DNA of 64,000 nt. Source: the human T2T-CHM13v2.0 reference genome, Homo sapiens. A program made the translations under genes and the position numbers. This document shows, piece after piece, positions 27,121 to 41,194 of this stretch; positions within the stretch are counted from its first letter, which is position 1, and the number at the start of each line of letters is the position of its first letter. Location: NCBI RefSeq assembly GCF_009914755.1, contig NC_060934.1, one strand, 5' to 3'. Under the pieces are notes generated by a model. That model did no database searches. It saw only the letters and a program-made list of their open reading frames with translations, and was not told the origin of the DNA.

Positions 27121-27699
27121 AAAGGAAACCTAAAAGAAAAAAAAAAGAAAAACTAAATCAAAGTTCTGTAACTACTTACAGAAGCCTTTAAGATAATTTT
27201 AAAATCTGAAAGTTAATTTAAATTCAAGCAGTTATAAACGCCCTTTCAAGATATATTGGAAATCCAAACATTCATTCCGTTTGTGGTGATAGACAGGATT
27301 GGCAATTTGAAACCCTCAGGAGACAGAACTGACCAGAATTGATGAACAATTTGATAACAGGATTAGAGAAAAGTAATTCTGGGTTTTAAACAATTTGCTA
27401 AAAGTACATACTATAGCTCCTTCTTTCTTCCCCTGACCCTCCTCTCCCTTCAAATAAGATACATATTATACTATTTTAACAAAAACATTATAATGGAAAT
27501 AAATGTAAAATGATGAGAGAGAGTTAAAGGGAGTGCTGGGCAAGTTGAGTTTGGTAGGATTGTAGTACTACTCAAATGGATTCAGATATAGATACACAAG
27601 TGGCATTTAGCTATATGGAGATGAAAGTTTAGGTTGTAAGAGCAAAATTAAATACCAAGAGTGATGGTGTAGACTTAACAGAGAATGAGGTTTTATTAC

Positions 27700-28170
27700 C
27701 TGTCGTTTCCCAGGACTGTTGTAACAAATTGCCAAAACATGGTAGCTTCTAACAACAAAAATTTATTCTCTCACACTTCTGGAAGCTGGAAGTCTAACAT
27801 CAAGGCATTGGCAGGTTGGTTCCTCTGCAGGCTCTAAAAGGCAAGGTTCCTCGACTCTTTCCTAGCTTCTGGTTGCTGCTGGCATTCCTTGGTGTTCCTT
27901 GGCTTGTAGCTGAGTAACTAATCTCTGCCACTGTCCTCACATGATCTTCCACTCTGTCTCACTCTTCTGTATGTATATGTCTCAAACATCCCACTGTGTT
28001 CTCATATAAGGATCTCATTTTGAATTTAGAGGCCATCAATCCAAGATGATCTTATCTGAAGAAGAGTATCTGCAAAGATCCTATTTTCAAATAAGATTAC
28101 ATTCACAGGTACCAGGTGTTAGGAGTTAGGCATATCTTTTTGTCGGAAGGAATGCCATTCAACACATAAT
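27700..28170 (-). mobile_element. MLT1C-like MaLR LTR
   Basis: aatttattctctcacacttctggaagctggaagtc...tctgcaaagatcctattttcaaataagattacattcacaggtacc. Confidence 0.8.
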
Positions 28171-28496
28171 AAATGACTACGAAATATTTTGTCACCATTT
28201 TATACAGCAGATATTAAAAGAAAGAGAAGCTAGAAATTCAGATTGAGTGATACGGTTTACAATCATAGCCAGTTCTATGTAGTCCAAAAAGAATTTTTTT
28301 TTTCAGAAGGGGGGCTGAGAACAGGACTGAGCAGACACACAGCATCATGCCAGGCAATGCAATTAAAATATGTGTTATAAAATGAGCTTTGTCCTCAAAA
28401 GTCTTCAGACAGAGTCAACATCATTTTCAATATGGTTCAAGTCAAAAATAATCTTAAAGTGTCTTTTATCACAATGTTATTTTAATTGGTGATTAG

Positions 28497-28851
<355 letters not shown>

Positions 28852-29260
28852 TGATAATTACCAAAGTAAAACTACTATAAGCAATTTTGTAAACATGAGT
28901 TATATGCATTATTCTTCTGAAGCCAAAAGAAAAAACTAATTCATTTTTAGTAAATAAAAAGATTAGCTTTTAAAAGTGAAAACATTGGCTTTTCTTTACG
29001 AATTCTGTTCATTACTTCTGGAAGAGTCCGCTTTAATGGGTCAATCTTGTTATGCCCACTAATCTTGGGGAAGGAAAAGAAAACTCTTTATTTTAAGACC
29101 AAATACCCAGTTGATACTGGGATGGGAATTAAGAAATTCCCTGGAGATCACTGATGGTCGGATGGGATTGAGGTCAGTGAGTTGCTCACTGACACGTGGA
29201 GGTATGGTATTAAGCACAGGAAGACTGAGAAAAGGCTTTTAGTTTTTATTTGGTGTATAG

Positions 29261-29608
<348 letters not shown>

Positions 29609-31482
29609 AACAATGACTACTTTTAGTAACTGCAATTTATCCCACCCCAAACTTGTAGAAAATAGCAAAGAAAAGTCAATGTTCCATTCCTAAGGCCATG
29701 GTGGAACAATCAGCCACTGACTCCAGGAACAGCATTAAGCCTCCCAAAGAAGGCAGCAAAAACATGATGGAAACTGTGCCTGAGACTACAACAGATGAAT
29801 TACAGGAGAGACGAAGTCGATATCTCACTGTCAGGGCTATGTGTAACCAGAGAGCTTTGGGTAATGTGAAGGCTTTATCCAGTCATTTCCAAAAAGAACA
29901 AGAATGAAAAATACAGTGGAAGTCTTAGGTTCCCCGAATTACACATAATGGACAATTTTATTACAAGCATATTGGATTAAAAAAATCATATCATAAATAT
30001 TCAGACCGACAAAACGTAAGACATGTAGCTAATATTTATTTTTAATTGTCAGAATTTCAAATTTTTAATGTATACCTGTGAGGGATAATCATATATTTAG
30101 CTTCTTGAAATGGATTGGAATTTATATTTTTCATAAATGTAAAGGTATCTCTCTTTTTTCCTGAAACTAAGATTGCTAAAGGCAGAGGTAAATATTGCCT
30201 TAAACAATGATAAGAAAGACATTAGGCAAAATAGCTAATTATTGACTAAATTCATCCTTCCTTTTCTCTAAATTAACTGATATTGCCTTGCATTTTAAGT
30301 TATTTTTTCTGAGTAAAGAAAATATGACACCTGTCTTTGTCTTTCATATACATTTTTATTCATTTTTTCTCTTTGTGTCAAATACATTTTTAAAAGAAAG
30401 AAGCTGAGATAATTAGATGCATCAGCCTTACAGAATTTTAAAAGAAATCCTCTCATAAATTGTTTTCAGTGGCTAGAGTATTTAGTGCTCCAATAAAATT
30501 AGAAGATGATGCCCATTTCAAAATTTGATATAACATATCAATGCAAGGTAATAAGATGTTTATAAGGAAAACTATTAGAACACCTAAAAGGAGATTTCAT
30601 TGCAGTGGGCTTAATTTCTAGAAAATAAATCGTCTCTCAGATTTTCATGATAATTACACACGTAAATAAATACCCAAATGTGTCAGATAACTACAATATA
30701 CAATAAGCTTATTAAACTTGTTTTTAAAGCAGATTTATTTATTTTGAACGTGAAATAAAATATTTTGAGTTACATAAATAATTCATGGTGACATTGAGAA
30801 AAAGATGGTTTCTATATTGCACACTGTCTCTGATTTCCAGCTGTCATTCTTCATTAGATCGTGTTGAATCTATCATCAAGCTGCAGCAGTCAAGACCCAA
30901 TTGCTCAAAAAAGCCTTTGGCATGAGATTCCACAGAACATGGAAGGTAGAAGTTAATATACCTTAGTATGGAAACAGATAATTTTATTATAGTTGTTATT
31001 ATTATATGTTGTCAAGTAGAGAAATTACAGGGAAGCAAATGATATAAATGCCTTATGAGTAATAAATTGTGAGGGGGACAGTATGGCAGATAAGAATGAA
31101 TTAACCTTGTTTCACTACTTGTAAGATATATACGATTTTATTTTTTCCAATAAAAATAGTTCAACATTATGCTTATAAATGCACGTTTTAGTTTTCTTGG
31201 TCAAGAAAGTACAAACCTAGGTTTTTTCTTTTACATTATGTAAGTTTTAATAAGACATTGTCATAGGCACAGTTAAACTATAAATTAAATTTAACTCAAT
31301 GAATAAGAATTCTGTAACATATTCACTTAGTCAAAGCAAATAACTAATATGACACACTGCATTACAAAATTTATTAATAATGGGGCTGGTGGTAAAACAC
31401 TAGAACATCCTTGAATTTATTTCAAAATAAAAAGGGAACTTCTAGAGTGAATGAAGAATTCAACGACTTGTCTAACACACAC

Positions 31483-31588
31483 TTTTTTTTTACTTGCCAT
31501 AAGAATATTTTATTTTATTTTTCATCAACTTTTATTTTAAGTTCCAGGGTACATGTGCAGGATGTGCAGGTTTGTTACATAGGTAAAC
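31483..31588 (-). mobile_element. Very short 5'-truncated older L1PA 3' end with a second poly(A)
   Basis: ttaagttccagggtacatgtgcaggatgtgcaggtttgttacataggtaaac; TSD cacacacttttt at 31476 and 31591. Confidence 0.85.
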
Positions 31589-32279
31589 AGCACACACTTT
31601 TTAATACCTAAGTGCCTACACTGTAACTAGTAAACTGATAAATAAGACACTTTCATTGTTTCCATTCAATAAACCGGCAGAAAGAAAAATAATTATAACA
31701 ATATTACAAACTCTATGGTAAAGCTATAGTTTATATGCAGTTAGAAAGAACGAAAATAATTATTTTTGTTAATGAGAAAAGACTTGAAAGAAACAGTGAC
31801 ATTTAAACTTGGTATTGAGATGAAGGCACAAAAGTAGACTGAGAATAAATTATGAAGATTTTTAAAATATACTATGAAAACTTGGGAGTCAAATAAACTC
31901 TTTAAACGAATAGGTGACATAAGCTGATTTGCTTTCCATAGTAATCAATCTGGTCTCAGTTATAGGTGATGCATGTGCACAGACAGAAACTGGGAACAAG
32001 GCTTTTGCATAAGTTCAGACAATAGAAGATTAGAAGCTCAACAAAAATGGTAGAGATTGAAATGCAGAGGAGAGAAAGATTCAACAGTGATAAGTAATGT
32101 TAGAGGCAGAATCTGTACAATTTAGTGAAAAATAAAATATAAGTATTTCAAAGAATAGATAAATAAAATAACAAATATAGGATGAATATACATATAAATG
32201 GAAACAAATAACTTTTAGGTGTATTTTTTGGGGCTTTCATCTACAGAGATCCAACAGAAAGTTTTTTTTAAAAAATGCA

Positions 32280-32641
32280 CTGGCTTATTTCACTTAGCAT
32301 AGCATCCTCAAGATTCATGCGTGTTGTTGCATGTGACAGGTTTTCTTCTTTTATGACTGACTAGTATACTGTTATATGCATATACTAAATTTTCTATGAG
32401 ATATCTAAAGTAATCAAGCTCACAGAAGCAGAAAGGAGGACAGTGGTTGCCAGGGACTGGGAGGAGAGGGAAATAGGGATTTGCTCTTCAATGGGTATAA
32501 AATTTCAGTCACGCAAGATAAAATAGTTCTAGGGATATGTTGTAAAACTGTGCTTATAGCTAACAGTATGGTACTGTAACCTTAAAATTTTGCTAAATGG
32601 GTAGATCTCACGTTATATGTTTTGTTAACCATAATAAAAAA
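32280..32641 (+). mobile_element. L1MA9/L1MB-like 3' end with inverted 5' segment
   Basis: Antisense piece about 32280-32394, sense piece about 32395-32641; TSD aaaaaatgcactg / aaaaaatacactg. Confidence 0.8.
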
Positions 32642-33215
32642 TACACTGTATGGTGGAACAATACAGTCACTGTGGTTTGTGGGTTTGTTTGTTACAACAT
32701 GGAATTTAATAATATATAACACAGGAAATAAATACCCTCATTATCCTACTTCTAAGATATATTAATCAATGTCTTAACATAATCAATATTTATTTCTCAC
32801 TCACCCAAAACTTGATGTAGGCTATGTAGTCCTTGTCTATCTTTTAACTTCTCAATCTGGAACATAGGGTCTCCAAGGTCATTACTGGAAGTTTGTATTA
32901 GAATTTTTAAGAGGACCAGTAGTGGAAATGTCTTTCACTGCTTTCATCCCACATCTTGTGTAGGGCCCAAGTACATGGAAACTGCAAGAAAGGCTGAGAA
33001 ATAACTTCTTGTGGGTCTAGGAAGAGAAAGTGATAAACTAAGTATATAGTAACACATCTGTCACATCACAAATAATTACTAATAGTAATCTACTGTATTT
33101 AATTCTAGTCACAATTATTTAAAGACTTTCTACATAAAACTACGTGTAAATGGAATTGTGTTATTTTGTTTTTCATTTGTACTGCGTAAAACTCTATCAT
33201 GGTAATTTTTGTGTA

Positions 33216-34060
33216 CAATAGCCCCCATTATCCACGGCTTCTGTTGCCCCTGGTCAACCACGGTTAGTAATATTAAATGGAAAATCCCAGAAGTAAACAA
33301 CTCATGATTTATTCATTTATTTATTTGTTTATTTTGAGACAGAGTCTCACTGTGACACTCAGGCTGGAGTGCAGTGGCACAATCTCGGCTCACTGCAACT
33401 TCCGCTTCCCGGGTTCAAGCGATTCTTTGCTTCCAGAGTACTTGGGATTACAGGTGTGAGCCACCATGCCAGGATAATTTTTGTATTTTTAATAGAGACG
33501 GGGCTTCACCATATTGGCCAGGCTGGTCTCGAACTCCTGACCTCAAGTGATCCACCCGCCTCGGCCTCCCAACATACTGGGATTACAGGCGTGACCCACT
33601 GTGCCCAGCCAACAGTTCATAAGTTTTAAATTGCCCGCTGTTCATCAGAAAGCTCACTGTCTGGCTCCCGCCCCTTAGTCACTTAGTGAATCATTCTTTT
33701 GCCCAGCATATCCACGCTGTCCATGCTACCTGCCCACGAGTCACTCAGCAGTCCTCTTGGTGATCAGATTGACAGATTAAGAGAAGAATGGTGAAGACAG
33801 TACAATAAAATATTTTGAGAGAGAAAGAGACTACATTCATGTAGCTTTCATTGCTGTATATTGTTATAATTATTCTATCTTATCATTAGTTATGGTTAAT
33901 TTCTTACTGTGCCTAATTTACAAATTAAACTTTTTCAGATATGCATTATATGAAGAAACATAGTATATGTAGTATACATTAAATTTGGTATTATTTTTGG
34001 TTTCAGGCAGCCACTGGGGGGTCTTGAAATGTGTCCCCCATGGCTAAGCAGGGGCTACCA
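33216..34060 (+). mobile_element. MER44 (Tigger7-derived) DNA transposon interrupted by an Alu
   Basis: Imperfect terminal inverted repeats caatagcccccattatccacgg / ccatggctaagcaggggctacca flanked by TA; aatattaaatggaaaatcccagaa. Confidence 0.8.
33307..33610 (-). mobile_element. Alu (AluSx/Sz-like)
   Basis: Antisense dimer inside MER44; flanks aacaactcatga / aacagttcataa. Confidence 0.95.
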
Positions 34061-35497
34061 TAAACAATTTTATTGATATACTTCATTTTTAAATGACAAC
34101 AGTTATCTCTTTCAATGTAATTCGTTTACCTAATGTTTGAAATGCGGAAAAGATAAGAATCTAGGAAGACCCTTAGATTTGTATTTTGAGTAATCAAGTA
34201 GAGAGTTTTGTTATATATTAAAATGGGAAAGGATAGATTGAAAGAAATCGTGAACTCTGTTTTGAACTTGTGATGTTAAGATGCCTATTAGAATGAAAAT
34301 ATTAAGTGGACAGTCCAGGATTTCCATCTGGAATTCAGCCAGTATTTTTTATTCAAATTGACTGATCTAGATTCCACAAATTTGAAATACCACCATACAA
34401 ATGATGAAATTTCTACATATATGTATAGGTTGGTTCTGCTTTCTATTTTGTTCTATTAAGTCTTTTTTTTCTAGCCCTGTTCATATTCTGATAATTTTAT
34501 TATTACAATTTTTGGGCATTCTTTATTTTATGATGGTACCTTGCATTTTGTTATTTTCTTTAGAGTGACGTATTTAATCATAAAATGATTTTCAGAACTA
34601 ATTCCTCAACCTGTTCCCCTTCCAAATAATACATGCAGCATCTTTGAGACTATATTGCCTAATAAAAATCCTTTATATGAATATAAAAATCAAACAGAAG
34701 TCCATTTTTAACCTAAGCTCAGTTGAATGGGCTTCTCCTCTTTAAAAATAAATGTCCCCTAAGGCACTGAGTTCTAAATAAAGTTGATGTTAAAAGAGTA
34801 GTACAGAAAACTTTTTCAAATACAACTTTCATGTGAATATAACAAAAACTTTCACTTGAATAAAATAAAAGAAAAACACTGAAAAATAAACACAGCTGGT
34901 AAAAATAACTGAAATACTTAAAAAACATTGTATTTTAAATCGTAACATTTCATCTTTCTAAGCCAATAGTGTCATTTAATGAAGTGTTAGTTATGATTCT
35001 GTAGTGTACGTTATTTATTGCTTACTAAGCATCCACTTTCCCATCCTATGTCCTTACAGAATTTCAAAATTCATTCAGATTTGCATTCTTCTTCACTCTG
35101 TTGTGTGTTTCACAGAAGAAGCCCACAACCCCATAAGTATGCTATTCTCTTTGCCTGTGCCTGTTTTGCCATGAGCATGTGGCACAGTTATGAACAAACA
35201 CATGTTAGAAGAAGTTGTTTACAGGGTTCAGATAAGACTATATAAACACAACATTTCTTCTTCCTTTGGAGATTTTTAAAAAATTGAATTGATGCCTCGA
35301 TGTGTCTGAAACTCCTAGAAGTATTATGGTAACTCTGGCATACAGAAAATGACAACATACAAAACATACACCTGAGGTTTTGATGATATTTTAAAATCAG
35401 AAATAACTTATAATGGTAAGGACCTACCTCCCAACATCTAAATAATATGAGGAAATTTTGTTCTCTATTTTCTTTTATTTGCAGCTGAAATTGTTCT

Positions 35498-36788
<1,291 letters not shown>

Positions 36789-37201
36789 CTGAAATTGTTC
36801 TTAATGATTACAAGTACAAACCGAAATGCCTTAAATGATTTTAAAAGCTTTCTTGAATTATTAACAGTTCATTTCACCTAGGGGGCAGTGATGAGCTGGG
36901 GAAAAAAATGACCACATTGGTACAGTATACTGAAGTGCAGGTTGCCACTCTCACTCTTGCAAATAATTTTAATTGCTCTCCTAAATTGTCTGTCTTGGAA
37001 AAAAATTTTGAGTTGAATAAATTTCCAAATATTCATGTTTCTCTAGCAACTCACCAACAGCAATTCCAAATTGGTTGATTATATGTTGACATTCATTAAA
37101 ATATTAGAAGAAAATTAAACATTTAAAATTTGGTAATTTGATATTTTTTACACCTGATGTGGTGTTGGCCTTCAATTTTTCACAACTGCTTAAACTAACT
37201 G

Positions 37202-37843
37202 CAGTTGATTCTCATTATTCACAGAGTCCATATTTGTAAATTCCCCTATGAGCTAAAGCTTATTTGTAATCCTGAAATTAATACTTGAGGTGCTTTTGCC
37301 ATCATTTGCGAACATTCACAGAGCAGCAAAAAATTTGATTTGCCTGATATACAACACCTAAGGTAGAACAAGGTAACTTTCTGTCTTCTTGTTTCAATTC
37401 TCATATCCTAATCAGTGACATTTCTGAGCTCTCTTTGTGCAGTGTTCTTTGCACTATTTGGTTTTCACTAGTGACTTTACACCTTCAAATGCTTCTCCCC
37501 CTCAGCCTAGTGCTGAATTGCTTTCTAGTACTCCTGAGTGCAAGAAGACTGTGATCTGCTACATGGAGGAATCAGGTGTATTAGATGATCTCTGTTCAAG
37601 CACAAATGATAGTGTATTGGCTGTGAGTTCAATGTTAATGAATCAACAATAATTATTAAATAAGGTGTCTTTAGACTGAAGCACTCATAAAACAATGTTA
37701 TGTGTTGATTGGTTGATGAAAATGTGTAGCCAGAGTGCACAGGACACTAACCCTGTATTTTCCATAGGGGCTTAGTATTCTCTAAGTCAGTGTTTTTGGT
37801 GAATTTATAGAACATAACTACTATGAATAGTGAAATTCACCTG
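37202..37843 (+). mobile_element. MER82-like Tigger DNA transposon
   Basis: Terminal inverted repeats cagttgattctcattattca / tgaatagtgaaattcacctg; about 640 bp; ctgtcttcttgtttcaattctcata. Confidence 0.8.
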
Positions 37844-40800
37844 CATGTGTATATATATTATTTTGCATAATATTTATATACTGTGTATATATTATATTTT
37901 ACATCTATATAAATCAATATATATAAATTTATCCTTTTAATAAATTAAGTTACATTTTGGACAAATATTGATGTTAGTTTCTAGTAAAGTTTTCCATCTT
38001 ACATAGCTTTTTTCTATTTTTCATTTGGAGTTTTGATTAAACTACTATAATTCTATGGTGTTTCTATTCTAATTTATTACTGTACCGATTTACATATAAA
38101 GATATTCTGAAATTATAACACATTTGAATTCTTAGAGTAAACAATACTTGGAAATACACAGAATACATTTTACATAAATATTCATCAAAATATAGACGGC
38201 AAGCAGAAATATATGCAGATTATTACACCACTGTATTAATTAATTACAATTTTCTTTACAAAAAACACAAAATCAATATTCAGATGAATAAGCAATATTA
38301 GTGAGACAACCAAAAGCCTCTGACATGCCCCTTCCCAGACACTACTCTACACCCAAAGTAGCTGCAATATTGTCATTTAAGACCACAGCTTGTGTTTACA
38401 TTTATATAAATAAAATCACAGGGTATAAACATAAACTTTTAATGCATTTTTTGTTGAGAATTACGTTCTGGAGATTCATGCATATAGTTGCATATATTTT
38501 GTGTTTTTTAAATTGTAGCTCATCAGGAAATTCTTGAATCTTCTCTATCAGATACATAAGGGAAAGTTACCCAATTATCCATTTCATTCTCTTGTGTAAC
38601 ATTAAATCAAATTTAATGAGAATGAATCTTAGTCCACGGATTCAGTTGAGCAAGAACAGCAGCATTAACAAGTAAAATTTTATTTAACTCAAGTTCTAAA
38701 TTAGTGCTCTCATTCTTCCTTGTCCTGTTTTATTGCATTATCCTAAGATAATGCAGCACATTACTAATGAGGAAAGGCTACATCTGAGCTTTAGTCACAG
38801 ATCAACAAAGGTTGTGGCTCGAATGCCCATTATCCCTGTTCTATCTTATTCCTGTGCTCATAACCACTTATAGTTTGAAAATAACCTGCTAGTTCTGTGT
38901 CATGATTAGGGCACAGGAGGAGTTTTCTCTGACACTACCTATAATCCTCCATGTTCAATTGTGTTACATAGGAATTTCCCTTCTGACCTCATCAATCTCT
39001 CACAGTGATGCTAAGCACAACATACGCTACCTTTATATTAAAGACCTTTAGAATATTTCCTCTTATTTTTCTCTTCTTAACCAGTCAGACTAATATCCTT
39101 TCAATTTCATGATCATTTTTTGCTCTTCATGTGTTTTCAAGATATTGTGCTCTTATATCCCCTTCATTTTATCACTCTGCACACATTTTGAGGTCCTTTT
39201 GAACTTAGACATTTTGCTGGGAAAAGCCAGCAAGACATGAAGCCAACTTCATTTTGCTCTCCCACATGCTTCCTCTTAGATAACGAATTAGAGAACAATC
39301 TATGAATTTAAATGTGTGGATAAAATAAGTAATTAAATATTGTTAATAAGCATACATATTTTAAATCTTGAATTTTTTCTTATTAGCCCACTAAATTTTA
39401 CTGAAGATACAGAAATAGGATAAAGACAAAAATTAATTGTGAGAAAAAAGCATACAAACTTACCAATGCTTTAAATCCAGGTGTGGAGACAACCTTTTGA
39501 TAGCTTCTGGTGAACTTCCTGAGAAACGATGTTTCATCTGGGGTAAAGAGACTGGACTGAAGAGATGTGAAGGTAGTTTCTCACTCCAAACTCTGATTAT
39601 TCCAAATATTAAATATTATTGCACCATCTGAATTATCAAAGCTCTCCAAATCCAAAACATTCTAGTAGATTCAATTGCTTCTTCTGAGAGTATATGTATT
39701 GGTTTTATAAAAGGTTAAGAGGAAAAAAAGAATCAGAGTAGATTTAAGCTAATGCTGTCATGTAGAATAGAATGCTGAGGTTCAAAAAGGGTGAATGACA
39801 AAACTGAGTCTAAAATATTAGCATCAACGGTATGGCTTTTTATATATTGACTTCCGTTTTGCTCCAAGGCAAAGCATTTTGAAATTATATTAATTGTGTG
39901 TAAGTTAACCTTTGAAGAATGTATTCTTAATTCTATATGTATTTTTTAAATCATGTTATATTATCTGAAGTTGAAAAACTTATTCTCAAATAGTTGAAAC
40001 TTATTTCTTGCAGGTAGAAATCCATTCATTTAATTAATAAAATATTGAATAATTACTAATAGTTAATAAGTTAAAAATATAAGTGGCTATTATTATAAAT
40101 ATATCAGTTTAATACTATAACCCTAAATAATTTCTCTCCTGAAATTCTAAAAAGATTTTTAGAAACAAAAAGAGTATCATATCTTAACTTCTTTATATCT
40201 GTTATCACATTTCCTAGGAAACCACATTATAAATATGCAATTTTAAAACTAACTTCCCTTAAGATACATATGTAAATGATATGGTTACTAATCAAATCAG
40301 ACTTCATCCATTATTTCTTGTTGCATAACAATTTAAAGCATAATTTTGTTTTATATATCAACAACATTTTCATTCTGGGAAATAGCTTCATAATATATAC
40401 TAAGACCATATAAAATGAATTATTATTGCAACTAAGCGTGTACTGTGAAATGGCTTAGCAAAACACCAGCTTGCATACCATATTCTTGTCCTGCTTAACA
40501 ACTGCAATAAAATAGAAATGATAAGGCCATAAAGAACAGTGTAGAATTAGAAACAGTAATCACTGTGCATTACATTACCATTTGATATGATGAACTGTAG
40601 CTTGCTGAGAGTAATCTTAATGAGGATTACAGTAGATATATTAAAATATATATGTGGCCTTCTATTAACAATAAGACACTCAAATGTATTTTTTTGCATC
40701 TATATTTCCATGCTACATTGTAAAGGCTGTTATTTTAATTAACAGGACTTTGAAAATCCATTTGATTAGAAATTTGAATGCCAAGTTAAACCATCAATAA

Positions 40801-41194
40801 AATTAATCAGAAACAACATACTGAGCAAATGCAGAAAATTTCAATGGTTTTCAATTTTTATTGTGAAGGCAAATTAAATTTAACTGAAAAGATGTATCAT
40901 CATGTACTGACATTCAGAAAACTATCCAAGACTTAGCCATTGGCTCACCAGCTGGATAACTTGCTTTTATGAGCATCTATTCTCACAAGATGAGCAGGAC
41001 ATGCAGTTGTGTTTAAAAACTCAAGCAATCATATAATTAGTGCTATATATTTTCTGCCTTGCTATCAAAGAATCTAAATGTATCGTATTATTTAGGACTC
41101 TTTCAGTTAAATGTGTCAGAGATCCTAATCTAACTAGGGCTAAAGTTTGAAGGAAAGGGATTGGGTTTTTGAAGGAAAGGGGTTGAGTTTCTCT

